56,447 nt of DNA from a virus. Lineage: Duplodnaviria; Caudoviricetes. The position numbers and the translations under genes are program-made. Positions 1-10,489 of the stretch are shown here, piece by piece. The stretch covers positions 1 through 56,447 of IMG/VR virus record IMGVR_UViG_3300023181_000034; one strand, written 5' to 3'. Below the pieces are notes generated by a model. That model did no database searches and was not told where the DNA came from. It was given only the letters and a program-made list of their open reading frames with translations. Position 1 is the stretch's first letter. Each line of letters begins with the position of its first letter.

Positions 1-134
1 CAGTCACTAGGAGGCTAATCTCTCAACTTTAAAACGTAAAAAACCAATAAAAATATGAGGCGATTAAACAGTATTCAAAACTTAGATGATATGCTTACGG
101 GAGTATATTATGATGAGTCAAAAGGAGCATTTCA
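1..134. repeat. Terminal direct repeat, left copy (circular assembly overlap)
   Basis: Matches 56313-56447 except for one extra A in the right copy (CACTAGG vs CACTAAGG). Confidence 0.95.
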
Positions 135-360
135 TGTGTGCTCAAGAACCAAGGTAGTTGAAAATAAAAATTATGTAATGGTATGTGGCACACATCCAAA
201 CATAGCAGACTCTTTTGTTAGATGGGCATCTAAACTAAATAATTTATCTAATCAACCTGACAAGCCAATTGATTTCGTTGGAGAAAAGCCGGATATATTT
301 AAGATTGACTGCGATTGGCAATTGTTTAAATCAGTTTATCTATCAATAACTATCAAATGA
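55..360 (+). CDS. Hypothetical protein
   Basis: ATGA overlaps with the upstream ORF (across the circular junction) and with the downstream ORF. Confidence 0.65.
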   Translation: MRRLNSIQNLDDMLTGVYYDESKGAFHVCSRTKVVENKNYVMVCGTHPNIADSFVRWASKLNNLSNQPDKPIDFVGEKPDIFKIDCDWQLFKSVYLSITIK

Positions 361-809
361 ATTCAGAACAGATTTTGAAATCGGTTAATGAAGAATTTGA
401 AATAGCTAGTCCTACATGGGTGCCCTCTGAATTTAGAATCTTCATATTTTATATGATGAAACACGGCAGGCATGTGTATAACGATACATGGATTAAAAGT
501 GATGATGTTTCAGAGCTGATTATAAACAAAAAAATACGATGTGAGGGTGAACACTTCCATCAAGGGGAAAAATGCATTAGGTACAGCTTTATAGGGTTTA
601 AATACCCAACTAAATATTACCGATGCATACCAAGAGAAATGAGAGACTTAATACTGGACAGAGATAACAATTCTTGCGTAAAATGCAACGCCTATTATAA
701 GCTTTCAATTGATCATATTTTCCCATGGTCGCAGGGTGGATGGACAGAAATATCCAATCTACAAGTGCTCTGCAGAAAATGTAATTCAGAAAAAAGTAAT
801 AAATATTAA
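357..809 (+). CDS. HNH endonuclease
   Basis: RDNNSCVKC...IDHIFPWSQGG...NLQVLCRKCNSEK motif. Confidence 0.9.
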   Translation: MNSEQILKSVNEEFEIASPTWVPSEFRIFIFYMMKHGRHVYNDTWIKSDDVSELIINKKIRCEGEHFHQGEKCIRYSFIGFKYPTKYYRCIPREMRDLILDRDNNSCVKCNAYYKLSIDHIFPWSQGGWTEISNLQVLCRKCNSEKSNKY

Positions 810-813
810 CGCA

Positions 814-1452
814 ATGAGTAAGGAACTTCCATTTTTTAAATTTTACCCAAGCGAATGGTTGATAGGTAAAATTTCGTTCCAACCACTAGAGATCCAAGGG
901 GCATTCACTCAGTGTGTTTGTATGTATTGGCAAAACAACTGCACCTTAAGAGCAAGTGATGTTGACTTCAGAATAGGTCAAGACAACTTGAAAAAACTTA
1001 TTGATTTAGGCTTTGTATCTGAAGATGAAAACGGTTTAAATATTAAGTTTTTAAACGAACAGTTCTCTGATTTTGAAGGAGTTAGAAAGATTAGAGCTGA
1101 AGCAGGTGCTAAGGGTGGTAAAGCAAGTGCTAAGCAAACCGAAGCAAATGCTAAGCAAAATGAAGCAGAGAAGAGAAGAGATAGAGAAGATAAAGAGAAA
1201 GAAAAGAAAAGAGAAGAAGAGATAAAAGCGCCAGCGCTGTCTGATGTCCTCTCTTATTTTAAAGAAAAGGGTTATAAAGCGGATATTGCTGAAAAGGCAT
1301 TTAATTTTTACAACGGAAATAACTGGATTGACGGTAAAGGCAATAAAGTACGGAACTGGAAAATGAAGATGCAGTCAGTTTGGTTTAAAGAAGAAAACAA
1401 AACAAGACCAGAATTTTACGCAAGTGGTATACCTAGCAAATTTGTACCATGA
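814..1452 (+). CDS. Phage replication initiator/replisome organiser-like protein
   Basis: Likely start MSKELPFFKFYPSEWL at 814; low-complexity linker; C-terminal FYNGNNW..GKGNKVRNWK domain; directly upstream of the primase-helicase. Confidence 0.7.
   Translation: MSKELPFFKFYPSEWLIGKISFQPLEIQGAFTQCVCMYWQNNCTLRASDVDFRIGQDNLKKLIDLGFVSEDENGLNIKFLNEQFSDFEGVRKIRAEAGAKGGKASAKQTEANAKQNEAEKRRDREDKEKEKKREEEIKAPALSDVLSYFKEKGYKADIAEKAFNFYNGNNWIDGKGNKVRNWKMKMQSVWFKEENKTRPEFYASGIPSKFVP
1121..1168 (+). repeat. Iteron-like AAGCAA tandem repeats, candidate replication origin
   Basis: aagcaagtgct aagcaaaccg aagcaaatgct aagcaaaatg aagcag inside the initiator gene, followed by a purine-rich tract; lambda-O-like arrangement. 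Confidence 0.5.
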
Positions 1453-3221
1453 GAGATAAATTTTCCGACCTGGGCATTGAATTAAAAAGCATAAAAGAGA
1501 ATGGAAAAACCATTTGCCCGAAGTGCTCTCATGATAGAAAAAAGAAAACAGATCCTTGCTTATCAGTTGACGTAACCAAAGGAGCTTACAATTGTCATAA
1601 CTGCGGTTGGTCCGGTTATGTTGGAGAACGAGAAACAACTGAAAAGGAATACTCAAAACCTGCATTCAATAACAGAACTGAGCTTAGTGAGAATATTGTT
1701 AATTGGTTTTTTAAAAGAGGTATATCTCAACAGACACTTATAGATTTCAAAGTTACCGAAAGTTCAGAGTGGATGCCTCAGACTAGTAAAAATGAAAATT
1801 GCATAAATTTTAATTATTTCAGATCTGGTGAATTGGTTAATATCAAATACCGGGATGGCGCTAAGAGATTTAAGCTATTTAAAGATGCTGAATTAATCAT
1901 GTACAACATTGATTCTATATTTGATTCTAAGTCGTGCATAATTTGCGAAGGAGAGATTGATGCAATGTCATGGCATGAAGCTGGATTCAAAAATGTAGTT
2001 AGTGTTCCAAATGGCGCAAGCAAAAATCAAAAGATGCAGTATCTAGATAATTGCTGGAAGTACTTTGAGGATAAAGAGAAATTTTACTTATCAACTGACA
2101 ACGATGAACCAGGCATTAGGCTTAAGGATGAACTTATAAGAAGATTTGGAGCTGAAAGATGTTTTAGAATTGATTTAAATGGATTCAAAGACGCTAATGA
2201 AGCATTAACAGAAGCAGATCAAGGGTCGTTATTTTTAGTTGAATGTTTTAATAAAGCTAAAGAGATTCCAATTGAAGGTGTTTTTTCAATAATGGATATT
2301 GAGGATGATCTGGATAACATTTATCTAAATGGACTTCCGATAGGAGATAAAACAGGAGATGAGCAGTTAGATGATCATATTGGATTTATGCCTGGGGAAC
2401 TGACTGTAGTAACAGGTATTCCGGGTCATGGTAAGTCAATTTTCCTTGATCAAATTAGTATTGGCCTTGCTAAAAATGCTGAATGGAGATTTGCAATATG
2501 TTCACCTGAAAGTTATCCTTTAGCTTTCTATTACTCAAGACTTATAAAACGAATTGTAGGTAAAAAGTTCAGTCACGTCAACATTGATAGAAGCGACTAT
2601 ACTGAAGTTAAGAACTGGATTAAGGACAGGTACGATATAATCTTACCAGATGAAGGATTTAGTCTGGATGTGATTTTAGATAAAGCTAGATCGCTTGTTT
2701 TAAGGAAGGGGATAAAAGGATTGATTATAGATCCATGGAACAGAATTGAGGCTAATTTACCTCCAAATTACAACGAAGGTAAGTTTGTAAATGAGCAGCT
2801 AACAAAACTTATAAAATTTGCTCAAAAAACTGGTGTCCATGTGTTCCTGGTTGCGCACCCTACCAAAATGCAAAAAGAGAAGGATGGATTTAATTATGCA
2901 GTTCCAAATCTCTATAACATTTCAGGATCTGCAAACTTCTTCAATATGACTCAAAACGGTATGACAGTATACCGTAACTACGTGGAAGGAACTACTGAAG
3001 TTCATATCCAAAAAGTTAAATGGGAACATTTAGGTAAGCTTGGAATGTGTAGATATGTTTACCAGCTTGATAACGCAAGATTTGTTAGGGAAGGCGCTGA
3101 AGATTCAACCAACTGGATAAAACAGATAAGGCAGTCAGCTATCACTCCAAACTATCAATTTGATTACCCAACACCATTAACCATAAGGGCTGATGTAACA
3201 GAAGATGAACCTCCATTTTGA
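1449..3221 (+). CDS. Primase-helicase (Zn finger + TOPRIM + SF4 helicase, Twinkle/T7 gp4-like)
   Basis: CPKC...CHNCGWSG; CEGEIDAMS; DNDEPG; KDANE; Walker A GIPGHGKS; IIDPWN; LVAHP. Confidence 0.93.
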   Translation: MRDKFSDLGIELKSIKENGKTICPKCSHDRKKKTDPCLSVDVTKGAYNCHNCGWSGYVGERETTEKEYSKPAFNNRTELSENIVNWFFKRGISQQTLIDFKVTESSEWMPQTSKNENCINFNYFRSGELVNIKYRDGAKRFKLFKDAELIMYNIDSIFDSKSCIICEGEIDAMSWHEAGFKNVVSVPNGASKNQKMQYLDNCWKYFEDKEKFYLSTDNDEPGIRLKDELIRRFGAERCFRIDLNGFKDANEALTEADQGSLFLVECFNKAKEIPIEGVFSIMDIEDDLDNIYLNGLPIGDKTGDEQLDDHIGFMPGELTVVTGIPGHGKSIFLDQISIGLAKNAEWRFAICSPESYPLAFYYSRLIKRIVGKKFSHVNIDRSDYTEVKNWIKDRYDIILPDEGFSLDVILDKARSLVLRKGIKGLIIDPWNRIEANLPPNYNEGKFVNEQLTKLIKFAQKTGVHVFLVAHPTKMQKEKDGFNYAVPNLYNISGSANFFNMTQNGMTVYRNYVEGTTEVHIQKVKWEHLGKLGMCRYVYQLDNARFVREGAEDSTNWIKQIRQSAITPNYQFDYPTPLTIRADVTEDEPPF

Positions 3222-3226
3222 TCAAT

Positions 3227-4471
3227 ATGAAAACATTTGAATTAAGAGATTATCAAAGTGAACTTGCTGATAAGTCAGTCGCTATACTACAGGATTATAA
3301 AATTGTTTGTCTTGCTGCAGAAGTAAGATCCGGGAAAACATTAATCAGTTTAGAAACAGCTAACCGATACAAAGCCAATCATGTTTTATTCATTACGAAA
3401 CTGAAAGCTATCAGTAGTATTGAATCTGATTACGAATTGTTAAGCCCTGGTTTTAAACTCCAGGTTGTCAATTACGAATCGCTTCATAAAATTACTGAAC
3501 TAGACTTTGATTTCGTAGTGGTTGATGAATGCCATAAGCTAGGAGCATTCCCTAAGCCAGGAACCCAGCAAAAACTAATCAAACAACTGATAAAAGATAA
3601 ACCGTGTATTTTTATGAGTGGAACATTTACACCGGAATCATATAGCCAAATTTATCACATACTATCAGTTTCTGAAAATAGCCCTTTCGCTGAATACACA
3701 TCGTTTTACAAATGGGCTAAAGACTTCGTTACCCTTAAACATAAATTCCTATACGGAAGGCAGATAAACGACTACTCATGTGCTTTGAAGGAATCGATCG
3801 ACGAAAAAACAAAGCATCTGTTTTTATCACTTACCCAGGTGGAAGCCGGTTTCAATCAGGAAATAACAGAGAAAATATTTGAGGTACAAATGAAACCAGA
3901 AACTTATGATCTTGCAAAGCGATTAAAAAGAGATAAAGTTCTTATCGGTAAAACAGGGACCCTCCTTGCTGATACTGCAGTCAATATGATGAATAAACTC
4001 CATCAGTTATACTCAGGAACAATTAAGTTAGAGGAAGGTAATGCAATAACAATTGATGAAAGTAAAGCTGAATTTATCCGTGATAACTTTGGATCTAATA
4101 AGATAGCGATACTTTACAAATTTGTTGAGGAAGGTAATTTGTTAAGGGCTATGTTTAGCAATCATACGTGCTCGCCAGAGTATTTTAATGAAGGTAATGA
4201 CTCAGTGTTCATCGGACAAATACAAAGCTTTAGAGAGGGCGTAAATCTATCTTCAGCTGATTACCTGATCATGTACAACATTGACTATTCCGCAGTGAGT
4301 TATTTTCAGGCCCGGGCAAGGATGCAAAGTAAAGACAGAATTAAGCCTGCATTAGTCTATTGGATATTTGCAAAGAATAGCTTGGACCATAAAATTTACG
4401 ATATGGTTGCTAATAAGAAAAACTTTACCTTATCGCATTTTAAAGGCGCTTTAAACAAAATGTATGCTTGA
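3227..4471 (+). CDS. SF2 (SNF2/DEAD-like) helicase
   Basis: LRDYQ, RSGKT, VVDECH, SGT, EGVNL, QARAR motifs. Confidence 0.88.
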   Translation: MKTFELRDYQSELADKSVAILQDYKIVCLAAEVRSGKTLISLETANRYKANHVLFITKLKAISSIESDYELLSPGFKLQVVNYESLHKITELDFDFVVVDECHKLGAFPKPGTQQKLIKQLIKDKPCIFMSGTFTPESYSQIYHILSVSENSPFAEYTSFYKWAKDFVTLKHKFLYGRQINDYSCALKESIDEKTKHLFLSLTQVEAGFNQEITEKIFEVQMKPETYDLAKRLKRDKVLIGKTGTLLADTAVNMMNKLHQLYSGTIKLEEGNAITIDESKAEFIRDNFGSNKIAILYKFVEEGNLLRAMFSNHTCSPEYFNEGNDSVFIGQIQSFREGVNLSSADYLIMYNIDYSAVSYFQARARMQSKDRIKPALVYWIFAKNSLDHKIYDMVANKKNFTLSHFKGALNKMYA

Positions 4472-4733
4472 ATCCCCGGTCCAAACCAAAATCATGAAGG
4501 ATCTAAAAAAACGAGGCTTCTTTGTTAGGAAGATCATTCAAACGAACAAACCTGGAGATCCTGATTTATATGCTTTCAAGGAGGGTAGAACGATTTGGAT
4601 TGAATGCAAACGGCCCGGGAAGGCAGCAAGACCATTGCAAGAGTATAGAGGCGAAGAAATAAAGATATCAGGTATGGAATGGTATCAAGCAGATAGTTAC
4701 GAGAAATATGAATCGCTAAATCTTTTCCAATGA
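4464..4733 (+). CDS. VRR-NUC domain nuclease
   Basis: GDPDL...WIECKRPG...RPLQ PD-(D/E)xK motif. Confidence 0.85.
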   Translation: MLESPVQTKIMKDLKKRGFFVRKIIQTNKPGDPDLYAFKEGRTIWIECKRPGKAARPLQEYRGEEIKISGMEWYQADSYEKYESLNLFQ

Positions 4734-4954
4734 CTGACATTCAAAAACTATACTTCGACAACATGCTGCCAGGCGCACACATAACGACCACGAGCGTGAA
4801 GGATCCAGATGCCCTCATCAAAGCAGGAAAAGAATACATCGATCAAGGTGGATTCGCATATTTTAGCGATGATTACTCAGAGTTCGTGAAGGAAGATGCA
4901 TGGGTGCCAGTACGTCACATTACAATCCTAGTCGACGGACTGCCGCTATCGTGA
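4730..4954 (+). CDS. Hypothetical protein
   Basis: ATGA-coupled ORF. Confidence 0.6.
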   Translation: MTDIQKLYFDNMLPGAHITTTSVKDPDALIKAGKEYIDQGGFAYFSDDYSEFVKEDAWVPVRHITILVDGLPLS

Positions 4955-4985
4955 GTAGGTCGCGCACCACACAAATCTTTTTTCT

Positions 4986-5023
4986 ATAACAATTTGTTAT
5001 TGTAGTAATAATTCGTATGTTTG
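4986..5023 (+). promoter_or_regulatory. Class-I (early/moron) promoter with ATAACA-N3-TGTTAT palindrome
   Basis: ATAACAATTTGTTAT followed 30 nt later by TATGTTTG (Bacteroidota -7 box). Confidence 0.75.
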
Positions 5024-5072
5024 TGTTCAGGAAGGTCTATAGGGACACCATGAGCACCAACCACCCAAGAGC

Positions 5073-5558
5073 ATGAAAGCAGAAGTTTACGCAGCTAGAA
5101 TTTTGAGGTATACTGATCCAGGTCGGTATGAAGAGTTTGTTCGCAAAGCATCACCAATGCTGAATGCTAAGCACGTGGGTAGGGTGAAGCAGATCTACGA
5201 CAACACAGTGGCACTGTACGCATCCACCCATCCAACTCAGGAAGTTAACGATATTTTCATTGGAGCAACTTACAGCGTATTTTGCCCGGTATCATTTATC
5301 CCTGCTCACAAGACAGATGGTAAAGACGCAACTGCAGTCGGAAAGCTACCTGTTGGTGTTCGTGATATCATGGCTGAATGTATTGGTTTGAAACATGCTG
5401 AGGAAGTGAATAGATTAAAATCCTACATCAGTTCCTGGTTACGGCCATTCTATACTGGGCCGAAAAGACCGTTCGAGTTGAAGGTAGACGCTGTTGTCGA
5501 TACAATGCGCCCTTACTCAATTAACAAATGGGATCATCAATATGAAATGGCGATATGA
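5073..5558 (+). CDS. Hypothetical protein, candidate late-transcription regulator
   Basis: Own promoter; sits immediately upstream of terS; function is inferred from position only. Confidence 0.6.
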   Translation: MKAEVYAARILRYTDPGRYEEFVRKASPMLNAKHVGRVKQIYDNTVALYASTHPTQEVNDIFIGATYSVFCPVSFIPAHKTDGKDATAVGKLPVGVRDIMAECIGLKHAEEVNRLKSYISSWLRPFYTGPKRPFELKVDAVVDTMRPYSINKWDHQYEMAI

Positions 5559-5591
5559 GTACGGGGAACTGTGATATGACTGTGATTACCT

Positions 5592-5906
5592 ATGGCAAAT
5601 AGTAAACCTAACACTTCAGGATTAAAGCCCTTTAAAAAAGGCAATGACGAACGTCGAAACTTAGCAGGAGGACCAAAAAAGCTACCTGAGATAGATGCGC
5701 TATTAGCTGACGTATTAGGCTCTGAAGATGATGATAAGTCAGAAGCTAGGCAAGTTATTAAATCTTTGCTTACACAAGCTAAAAAAGGCAATGTGAGAGC
5801 AATTGAAGTTTTGCTAGATAGGGCCTACGGTAAGGCAAAGCAAACCATAGATAATCAAGTTACCATGGTTAAGCCATTGATAATTGATTGGGGAGAAGGT
5901 GAGTAA
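5592..5906 (+). CDS. terS: Terminase small subunit
   Basis: LKPFKKG...N..GGPKK N-terminus; AKKGNVRAIEVLLDRAYGK; directly upstream of terL. Confidence 0.8.
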   Translation: MANSKPNTSGLKPFKKGNDERRNLAGGPKKLPEIDALLADVLGSEDDDKSEARQVIKSLLTQAKKGNVRAIEVLLDRAYGKAKQTIDNQVTMVKPLIIDWGEGE

Positions 5907-7318
5907 TGTTACCAACAGAAGTAGAGCCAATAATTTTCAGGCCAACTCCAAAACAAAGAGAAGCTAAAGTACTTCTACAGAAAAACAGGATACTTTTATA
6001 CGGTGGCGCAATTAGAGGCGCTAAGAGCCATTTTGGATGCATGATGATCATATCGCTATGCCAGATGTATCCTAATAGCAGGTGGGTGATGTTACGTAAG
6101 GATAGCGTTGTATTAAAGGCCACACTCCTAAAGACATTCAAAGAAAACTTTATTGATAAGGGATGGCAGCAGGAGATTGAGCAATTCAATCAGACTGACT
6201 TGGTGCTTACCTGGAAGAACAAAAGTCAAATCCTATTTATGGGTGAAAACTTTGATCGAGATAAGGATTTGAATAGGTTTAAAGGGCTTGAATTCAATGG
6301 AGCGTTTATTGATGAGGTTAACGAGGTTCAAGAGCTTACACTTGACAAGATTATTGAACGTGCAGGATCTTGGTTTCATAGTCCGGGATGCCCTACTAAA
6401 ATACTAATGAGTTGCAACCCTACTCAAAATTGGGTTAAGAAACGTTTCTATGATAAATTCAAGGCAGGAACATTACCTGAAGGTGTAGCGTATCTGCAAG
6501 CTAAGATATTTGACAATCCACATATACCACAAGACTACTTAGATGCTCTAAAATTACTTCCTGTACATCAGTACCGGATTTTTGTCGATGGAGAGTGGGA
6601 TGTAGCAATGAAAACAGGTAATGAGTTTTTGCGAGAATTTGATACGGATAAGCATATACGACCTAATTCATGGGATATCAACAACCTATTCCACATAAGT
6701 ATTGATAATAACGTTTACCCGTACATTGCGGTTACCGTATGGCAGTTTGAAAAGAATGGATTAGGCTGGAAGATTAAGCTAGTTAATGAACTACCTGCTG
6801 TTGATCCTATAAATACAGCAACTAAGGCCGGGCGTAATGTTGGGCTATGGTTAACTAAAATAGGGTATAGCTCACGAGTTCTGATCTATGGCGATAAATC
6901 TACTAAAGCCCGGACCACAATAAGTGATGATAAGAAATCATTCTTTGACTTATTCACTGAAGCAATAGCGAAGGAAGGTTTTAAGATCGAAGATAAGATG
7001 TTAAAATTTGCTCCACCTGTTGCCGGAATCGCGGATTTCTGCAATGCTATATTCGCTGATGAAATACTAGGTCTTAATTACGAAATAGGCGAGAACTGCA
7101 AAGAGACGATCAACGATCTTATAGAAACAAAAACAGATCGTGATGGAACAATGCTAAAAAAACGTATTACTGATCCTAAGTCTGGAGTAAGCTACGAGCC
7201 TAATGGGCATTTGGTGGACACAATAAAAGATATGACAGTCTCAGCTTTCAACAAAGAATATATGGCATTTATCAATAAGAAAAAAGGACTTGGAATACGG
7301 GCTTTGTCAGGGATTTAA
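5906..7318 (+). CDS. terL: Terminase large subunit
   Basis: YGGAIRGAKS Walker A; FIDEVNE Walker B; SCNP coupling motif; C-terminal nuclease with H..D. Confidence 0.93.
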   Translation: MLPTEVEPIIFRPTPKQREAKVLLQKNRILLYGGAIRGAKSHFGCMMIISLCQMYPNSRWVMLRKDSVVLKATLLKTFKENFIDKGWQQEIEQFNQTDLVLTWKNKSQILFMGENFDRDKDLNRFKGLEFNGAFIDEVNEVQELTLDKIIERAGSWFHSPGCPTKILMSCNPTQNWVKKRFYDKFKAGTLPEGVAYLQAKIFDNPHIPQDYLDALKLLPVHQYRIFVDGEWDVAMKTGNEFLREFDTDKHIRPNSWDINNLFHISIDNNVYPYIAVTVWQFEKNGLGWKIKLVNELPAVDPINTATKAGRNVGLWLTKIGYSSRVLIYGDKSTKARTTISDDKKSFFDLFTEAIAKEGFKIEDKMLKFAPPVAGIADFCNAIFADEILGLNYEIGENCKETINDLIETKTDRDGTMLKKRITDPKSGVSYEPNGHLVDTIKDMTVSAFNKEYMAFINKKKGLGIRALSGI

Positions 7319-7355
7319 TTACATATTGATATACAAGTAATAATCCGTATATTTA
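7318..7355 (+). promoter_or_regulatory. Class-I promoter driving the GIY-YIG gene
   Basis: ATTACATATTGATAT then TATATTTA 30 nt later. Confidence 0.6.
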
Positions 7356-7380
7356 TGTTTCAATACCAACTTCACAACAC

Positions 7381-8133
7381 ATGATCGGGATATATAAAAT
7401 TACTTGCTTAAAAAATAAGCGTGTCTACGTTGGGCAGTCTATTGATGTAGATTTAAGACGTAGTTTTTATCAAAGGATAGACTGCAAAGGCCAGCCTAAG
7501 TTGTTTAATTCCCTTAAAAAATACGGTTGGTCGTGCCATAGTTTTGAAGTCGTTACAGAGTGTGATGTTGACGACCTAAATAAGTGGGAAAGATATTATC
7601 AGGATTTGTATTCGGCATGTGGAAAGAATGGATTAAACTGTAAATTAACAGGATATTCAGATCGAAGCGGTAGTCATTCAGAAGAGACTAGATTAAAGAT
7701 GTCTGAGGATAGAAAAGGTATTAACAGAAATACTCCTGAAAGAATTGCTTTATTAATCGAGTCAAATAAATCCAGAGTATGGAAGCAAGATTCTATTGAG
7801 AAGATGAAAAAATCAAAGACAGGAGTTAAGCTTAATTTGTCACCAGAACAACGACAAAAATTAAGGGATACATGGCTAGGTAGAAAGCATACACCAGAGA
7901 CAATAGCAAAAATGACTGGTAAAGTTAGATCAGAACAACATAGAATAAATAACATGAACGCTAACAAAGGAAAAACATCATTCAGTATGAGTAAAATAGT
8001 TTTACACGAAGCAACAGGGATATATTACACCAGCGCAAAAGAAGCCGCTACTCTTAATAAAATTACTTACACTTCTTTAATTAGTAAACTTAATGGCAGA
8101 AAAGAGAATACAAGCGGGTACATTTACGCTTGA
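7381..8133 (+). CDS. Free-standing GIY-YIG homing endonuclease with NUMOD3 repeats
   Basis: GIYKIT...YVGQS; HSEETRLKMS and HTPETIAKM repeats; inserted between terL and portal. Confidence 0.9.
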   Translation: MIGIYKITCLKNKRVYVGQSIDVDLRRSFYQRIDCKGQPKLFNSLKKYGWSCHSFEVVTECDVDDLNKWERYYQDLYSACGKNGLNCKLTGYSDRSGSHSEETRLKMSEDRKGINRNTPERIALLIESNKSRVWKQDSIEKMKKSKTGVKLNLSPEQRQKLRDTWLGRKHTPETIAKMTGKVRSEQHRINNMNANKGKTSFSMSKIVLHEATGIYYTSAKEAATLNKITYTSLISKLNGRKENTSGYIYA

Positions 8134-8135
8134 CG

Positions 8136-8197
8136 CTTACTATCATACTATAGTAAAAGCAAGTTTCATTTTACCACATCTACCTACGGTAAATTTA
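8136..8197 (+). promoter_or_regulatory. Class-II (late) promoter YTTAC-N12-GTAAR
   Basis: CTTAC-N12-GTAAA, with TAAATTTA starting 54 nt after the motif start. Confidence 0.7.
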
Positions 8198-8201
8198 CAA
8201 A

Positions 8202-9647
8202 ATGGAGCAGATTGAATTACAGGAGCTTTTAAAAACACCCACTAAGTTAGTTGATAAGATTAAAACCCTTGCTCCAACTATACCAGATGATGCTATTAAT
8301 TTTGAGCCTGAACAGCATAAAATTGTACTTGATAAAACTTATAGGCCTGATAGAAAAGTTGAAACACCTACTGGTAAAGATGCAAGTACTGGGGAAGTTA
8401 CTTATACGACAAACTACATACCTGTTCACCGTATACCCTCAGCTACACAAAAGCTGATAATTGACTGGAGTGTTTTCTTTGCGCTTGGAAATGGAGTTAA
8501 CATTGACGCTACACCAAGAGAAAAGGTAGCCACCGATCAAGTAATGATTGATATGCTGCAGCGTACGCTTGATGATAACAAATTTAGTTTTTTGGCTCAG
8601 GAGATTGAGAGAATTAAACAAAGGTTCCTTACTGTTCTATTGGTCTGGTATTCGGTTCCAGCAGAAGAAGGGTTTTGGTCCGATATCGCTTCATCAGCAT
8701 CTAAGTTTAAAATGCGTTGCACGATCCTATCTCCTAAAGATGGGGATACGATTGTGCCTATCCGGGATCAATATAAAGATATGATAGGTGCTGCCAGGTA
8801 CTACGTCGTAAAGGTGGATGATAAAGAGGTCAATAAGATGGATTTATTCTTACAGGATAAGTATATGACCTTTAAACAAGATAGCGCAGGATGGGTAGAA
8901 GAAAAGAGTACAGCTATACCATATGGTAAAGCTAACTTTATTTTAGATGAGCAAGAACGTACCGAATGGGCTGATGTTGCAGCGAAAATAGAGCGATTAG
9001 AGGAAATTGACAGTGACAATTCTGATGAAAATCAGCAAAGCGCTTTTCCAATTTTAGTTGCTACAGGAGATATATTGGCGGCTACTGGAGGCGGTGCATC
9101 GAATACCAGAAAGACATTTGAAATGTCTGGAGAAGGTGCGGACCTTAAGTATGTTGAATCTAAAGGAGGTCAAGAAAGCGCAAGTAATGAGCGCAAAAAT
9201 GTTCGTGCTGATGTCTTTATTGAAACTGCAACTCCAGATTTTAAGTTCGAAGATATAAGCGGAGATCTTCCAGGGGTTACAGTTGAAATGATGTTATTGC
9301 CTACTACAAACAAAGCTAAAGGTAAGCAACAAGGTTCTATTGGCATGTTTCACCAACGTAACTTTAACTTCCTAAAGGCAGCAATGGCAGTCATTAATGT
9401 ATCAGTTAAACCTAGTGTATCATTGCCTATTAAGCCACTGTTCTCAATTCCATTGCCCCGTAACCTCACGGAAGAAAGTAACAGAGCTATTGCACTTGTA
9501 GGAGCCGGGTTAATGTCAACACGGACTGCGGTCACTTCCTTAGGTTTTACAAAGGATATAGATGCCGAGATTGAAGCCATCGAGAAAGAAGTCGCAGCAC
9601 GGGCGCTGTTAGTAAAACCCGTAACACCACCTCCCGTCACAATATAA
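8202..9647 (+). CDS. Portal protein (SPP1-like)
   Basis: 481 aa, follows terL; TATPD...SG and PRNLTE, GLMSTRTA C-terminal features. Confidence 0.85.
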   Translation: MEQIELQELLKTPTKLVDKIKTLAPTIPDDAINFEPEQHKIVLDKTYRPDRKVETPTGKDASTGEVTYTTNYIPVHRIPSATQKLIIDWSVFFALGNGVNIDATPREKVATDQVMIDMLQRTLDDNKFSFLAQEIERIKQRFLTVLLVWYSVPAEEGFWSDIASSASKFKMRCTILSPKDGDTIVPIRDQYKDMIGAARYYVVKVDDKEVNKMDLFLQDKYMTFKQDSAGWVEEKSTAIPYGKANFILDEQERTEWADVAAKIERLEEIDSDNSDENQQSAFPILVATGDILAATGGGASNTRKTFEMSGEGADLKYVESKGGQESASNERKNVRADVFIETATPDFKFEDISGDLPGVTVEMMLLPTTNKAKGKQQGSIGMFHQRNFNFLKAAMAVINVSVKPSVSLPIKPLFSIPLPRNLTEESNRAIALVGAGLMSTRTAVTSLGFTKDIDAEIEAIEKEVAARALLVKPVTPPPVTI

Positions 9648-9650
9648 TTT

Positions 9651-9690
9651 ATAACATATTGTAATAAGTGTTATAAAATTGGTATATTGC
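9651..9690 (+). promoter_or_regulatory. Class-I promoter
   Basis: ATAACATATTGTAAT ... TATATTGC. Confidence 0.7.
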
Positions 9691-9759
9691 ATGCACAGGC
9701 CCACATCAGCGCCATCACACGCAACCACTTAACAAATTCCCTAAAGGGCATATAATATT

Positions 9760-10080
9760 ATGAAAAGAAGCAAACTAAGCATGTTAGGCGCAGGATTCGC
9801 TATGGCATTAGCAGGATTAATGGGATCAGCGCAAGCGGGGCAACCTACACTAGTCACAAGTCAGAACGTTAACGACTTCAAAGGAGTCAGAGAAACCAAA
9901 CGTGAAACAAAGAATATCGAGATTAATAATACAGGTGGTCTTGACTTCCCACCAATTTACCTGCCAGAGCCGGGACTTACCCCTATGCAGTACGGCTTGC
10001 GTTATGGTACTGGAGCTAGTAGGAAGGGTAAGTCGAATAGGCTTCGTTTGTCACACAATGCCAAGGTGGGGCGAAGATGA
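9760..10080 (+). CDS. Hypothetical protein with N-terminal signal-like segment
   Basis: Hydrophobic N-terminus ending SAQA; basic C-terminus. Confidence 0.65.
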   Translation: MKRSKLSMLGAGFAMALAGLMGSAQAGQPTLVTSQNVNDFKGVRETKRETKNIEINNTGGLDFPPIYLPEPGLTPMQYGLRYGTGASRKGKSNRLRLSHNAKVGRR

Positions 10081-10331
10081 ATCTAAAGACACCATTTGAA
10101 TTACAAATCTACTGGAAGAATGATCAGGCATGCCAGTTAGAAGAATTAGGTATCAGTGTAACTATTGAAGAAACACAGCCTATCATGTTTTATAGCGTTG
10201 ACATAGTCAGTAAAGGAACTATTGAAGGATCAGATAAAGAGATTGGATATATTGGTGTAGGTGGCGAAGAATATGCTACCACATTATCGTATGAGGAATT
10301 GAATGAATTGGTGATGAAAAATATGGGGTGA
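10077..10331 (+). CDS. Hypothetical protein
   Basis: ATGA-coupled acidic ORF. Confidence 0.65.
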   Translation: MNLKTPFELQIYWKNDQACQLEELGISVTIEETQPIMFYSVDIVSKGTIEGSDKEIGYIGVGGEEYATTLSYEELNELVMKNMG

Positions 10332-10342
10332 AAATAAATCTT

Positions 10343-10380
10343 ATAACAATTTGTTATATTAGTAATAATTACTATATTGC
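10343..10380 (+). promoter_or_regulatory. Class-I promoter upstream of tmRNA
   Basis: ATAACAATTTGTTAT ... TATATTGC. Confidence 0.75.
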
Positions 10381-10489
10381 ACTATGCTAACGCACCAATA
10401 GCCAGCCACCCTGCTAGGTAGGCACACACAGATCCAACGCTTAATCGGCTTGGATTTTTTGGGTGTCGGATGTACGGTAAATATATTTC

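Noticed and set aside
1-134. Terminal repeat as a biological packaging DTR
   Set aside because: It cuts through coupled ORFs and has the size of an assembler overlap. The 1-nt difference is at the contig edge, so it is probably an artefact of circular assembly.
7319-8201. Group I intron around the GIY-YIG gene
   Set aside because: terL and portal are intact separate ORFs. The flanks are short and explained by promoters, and no P/Q/R/S core was found.
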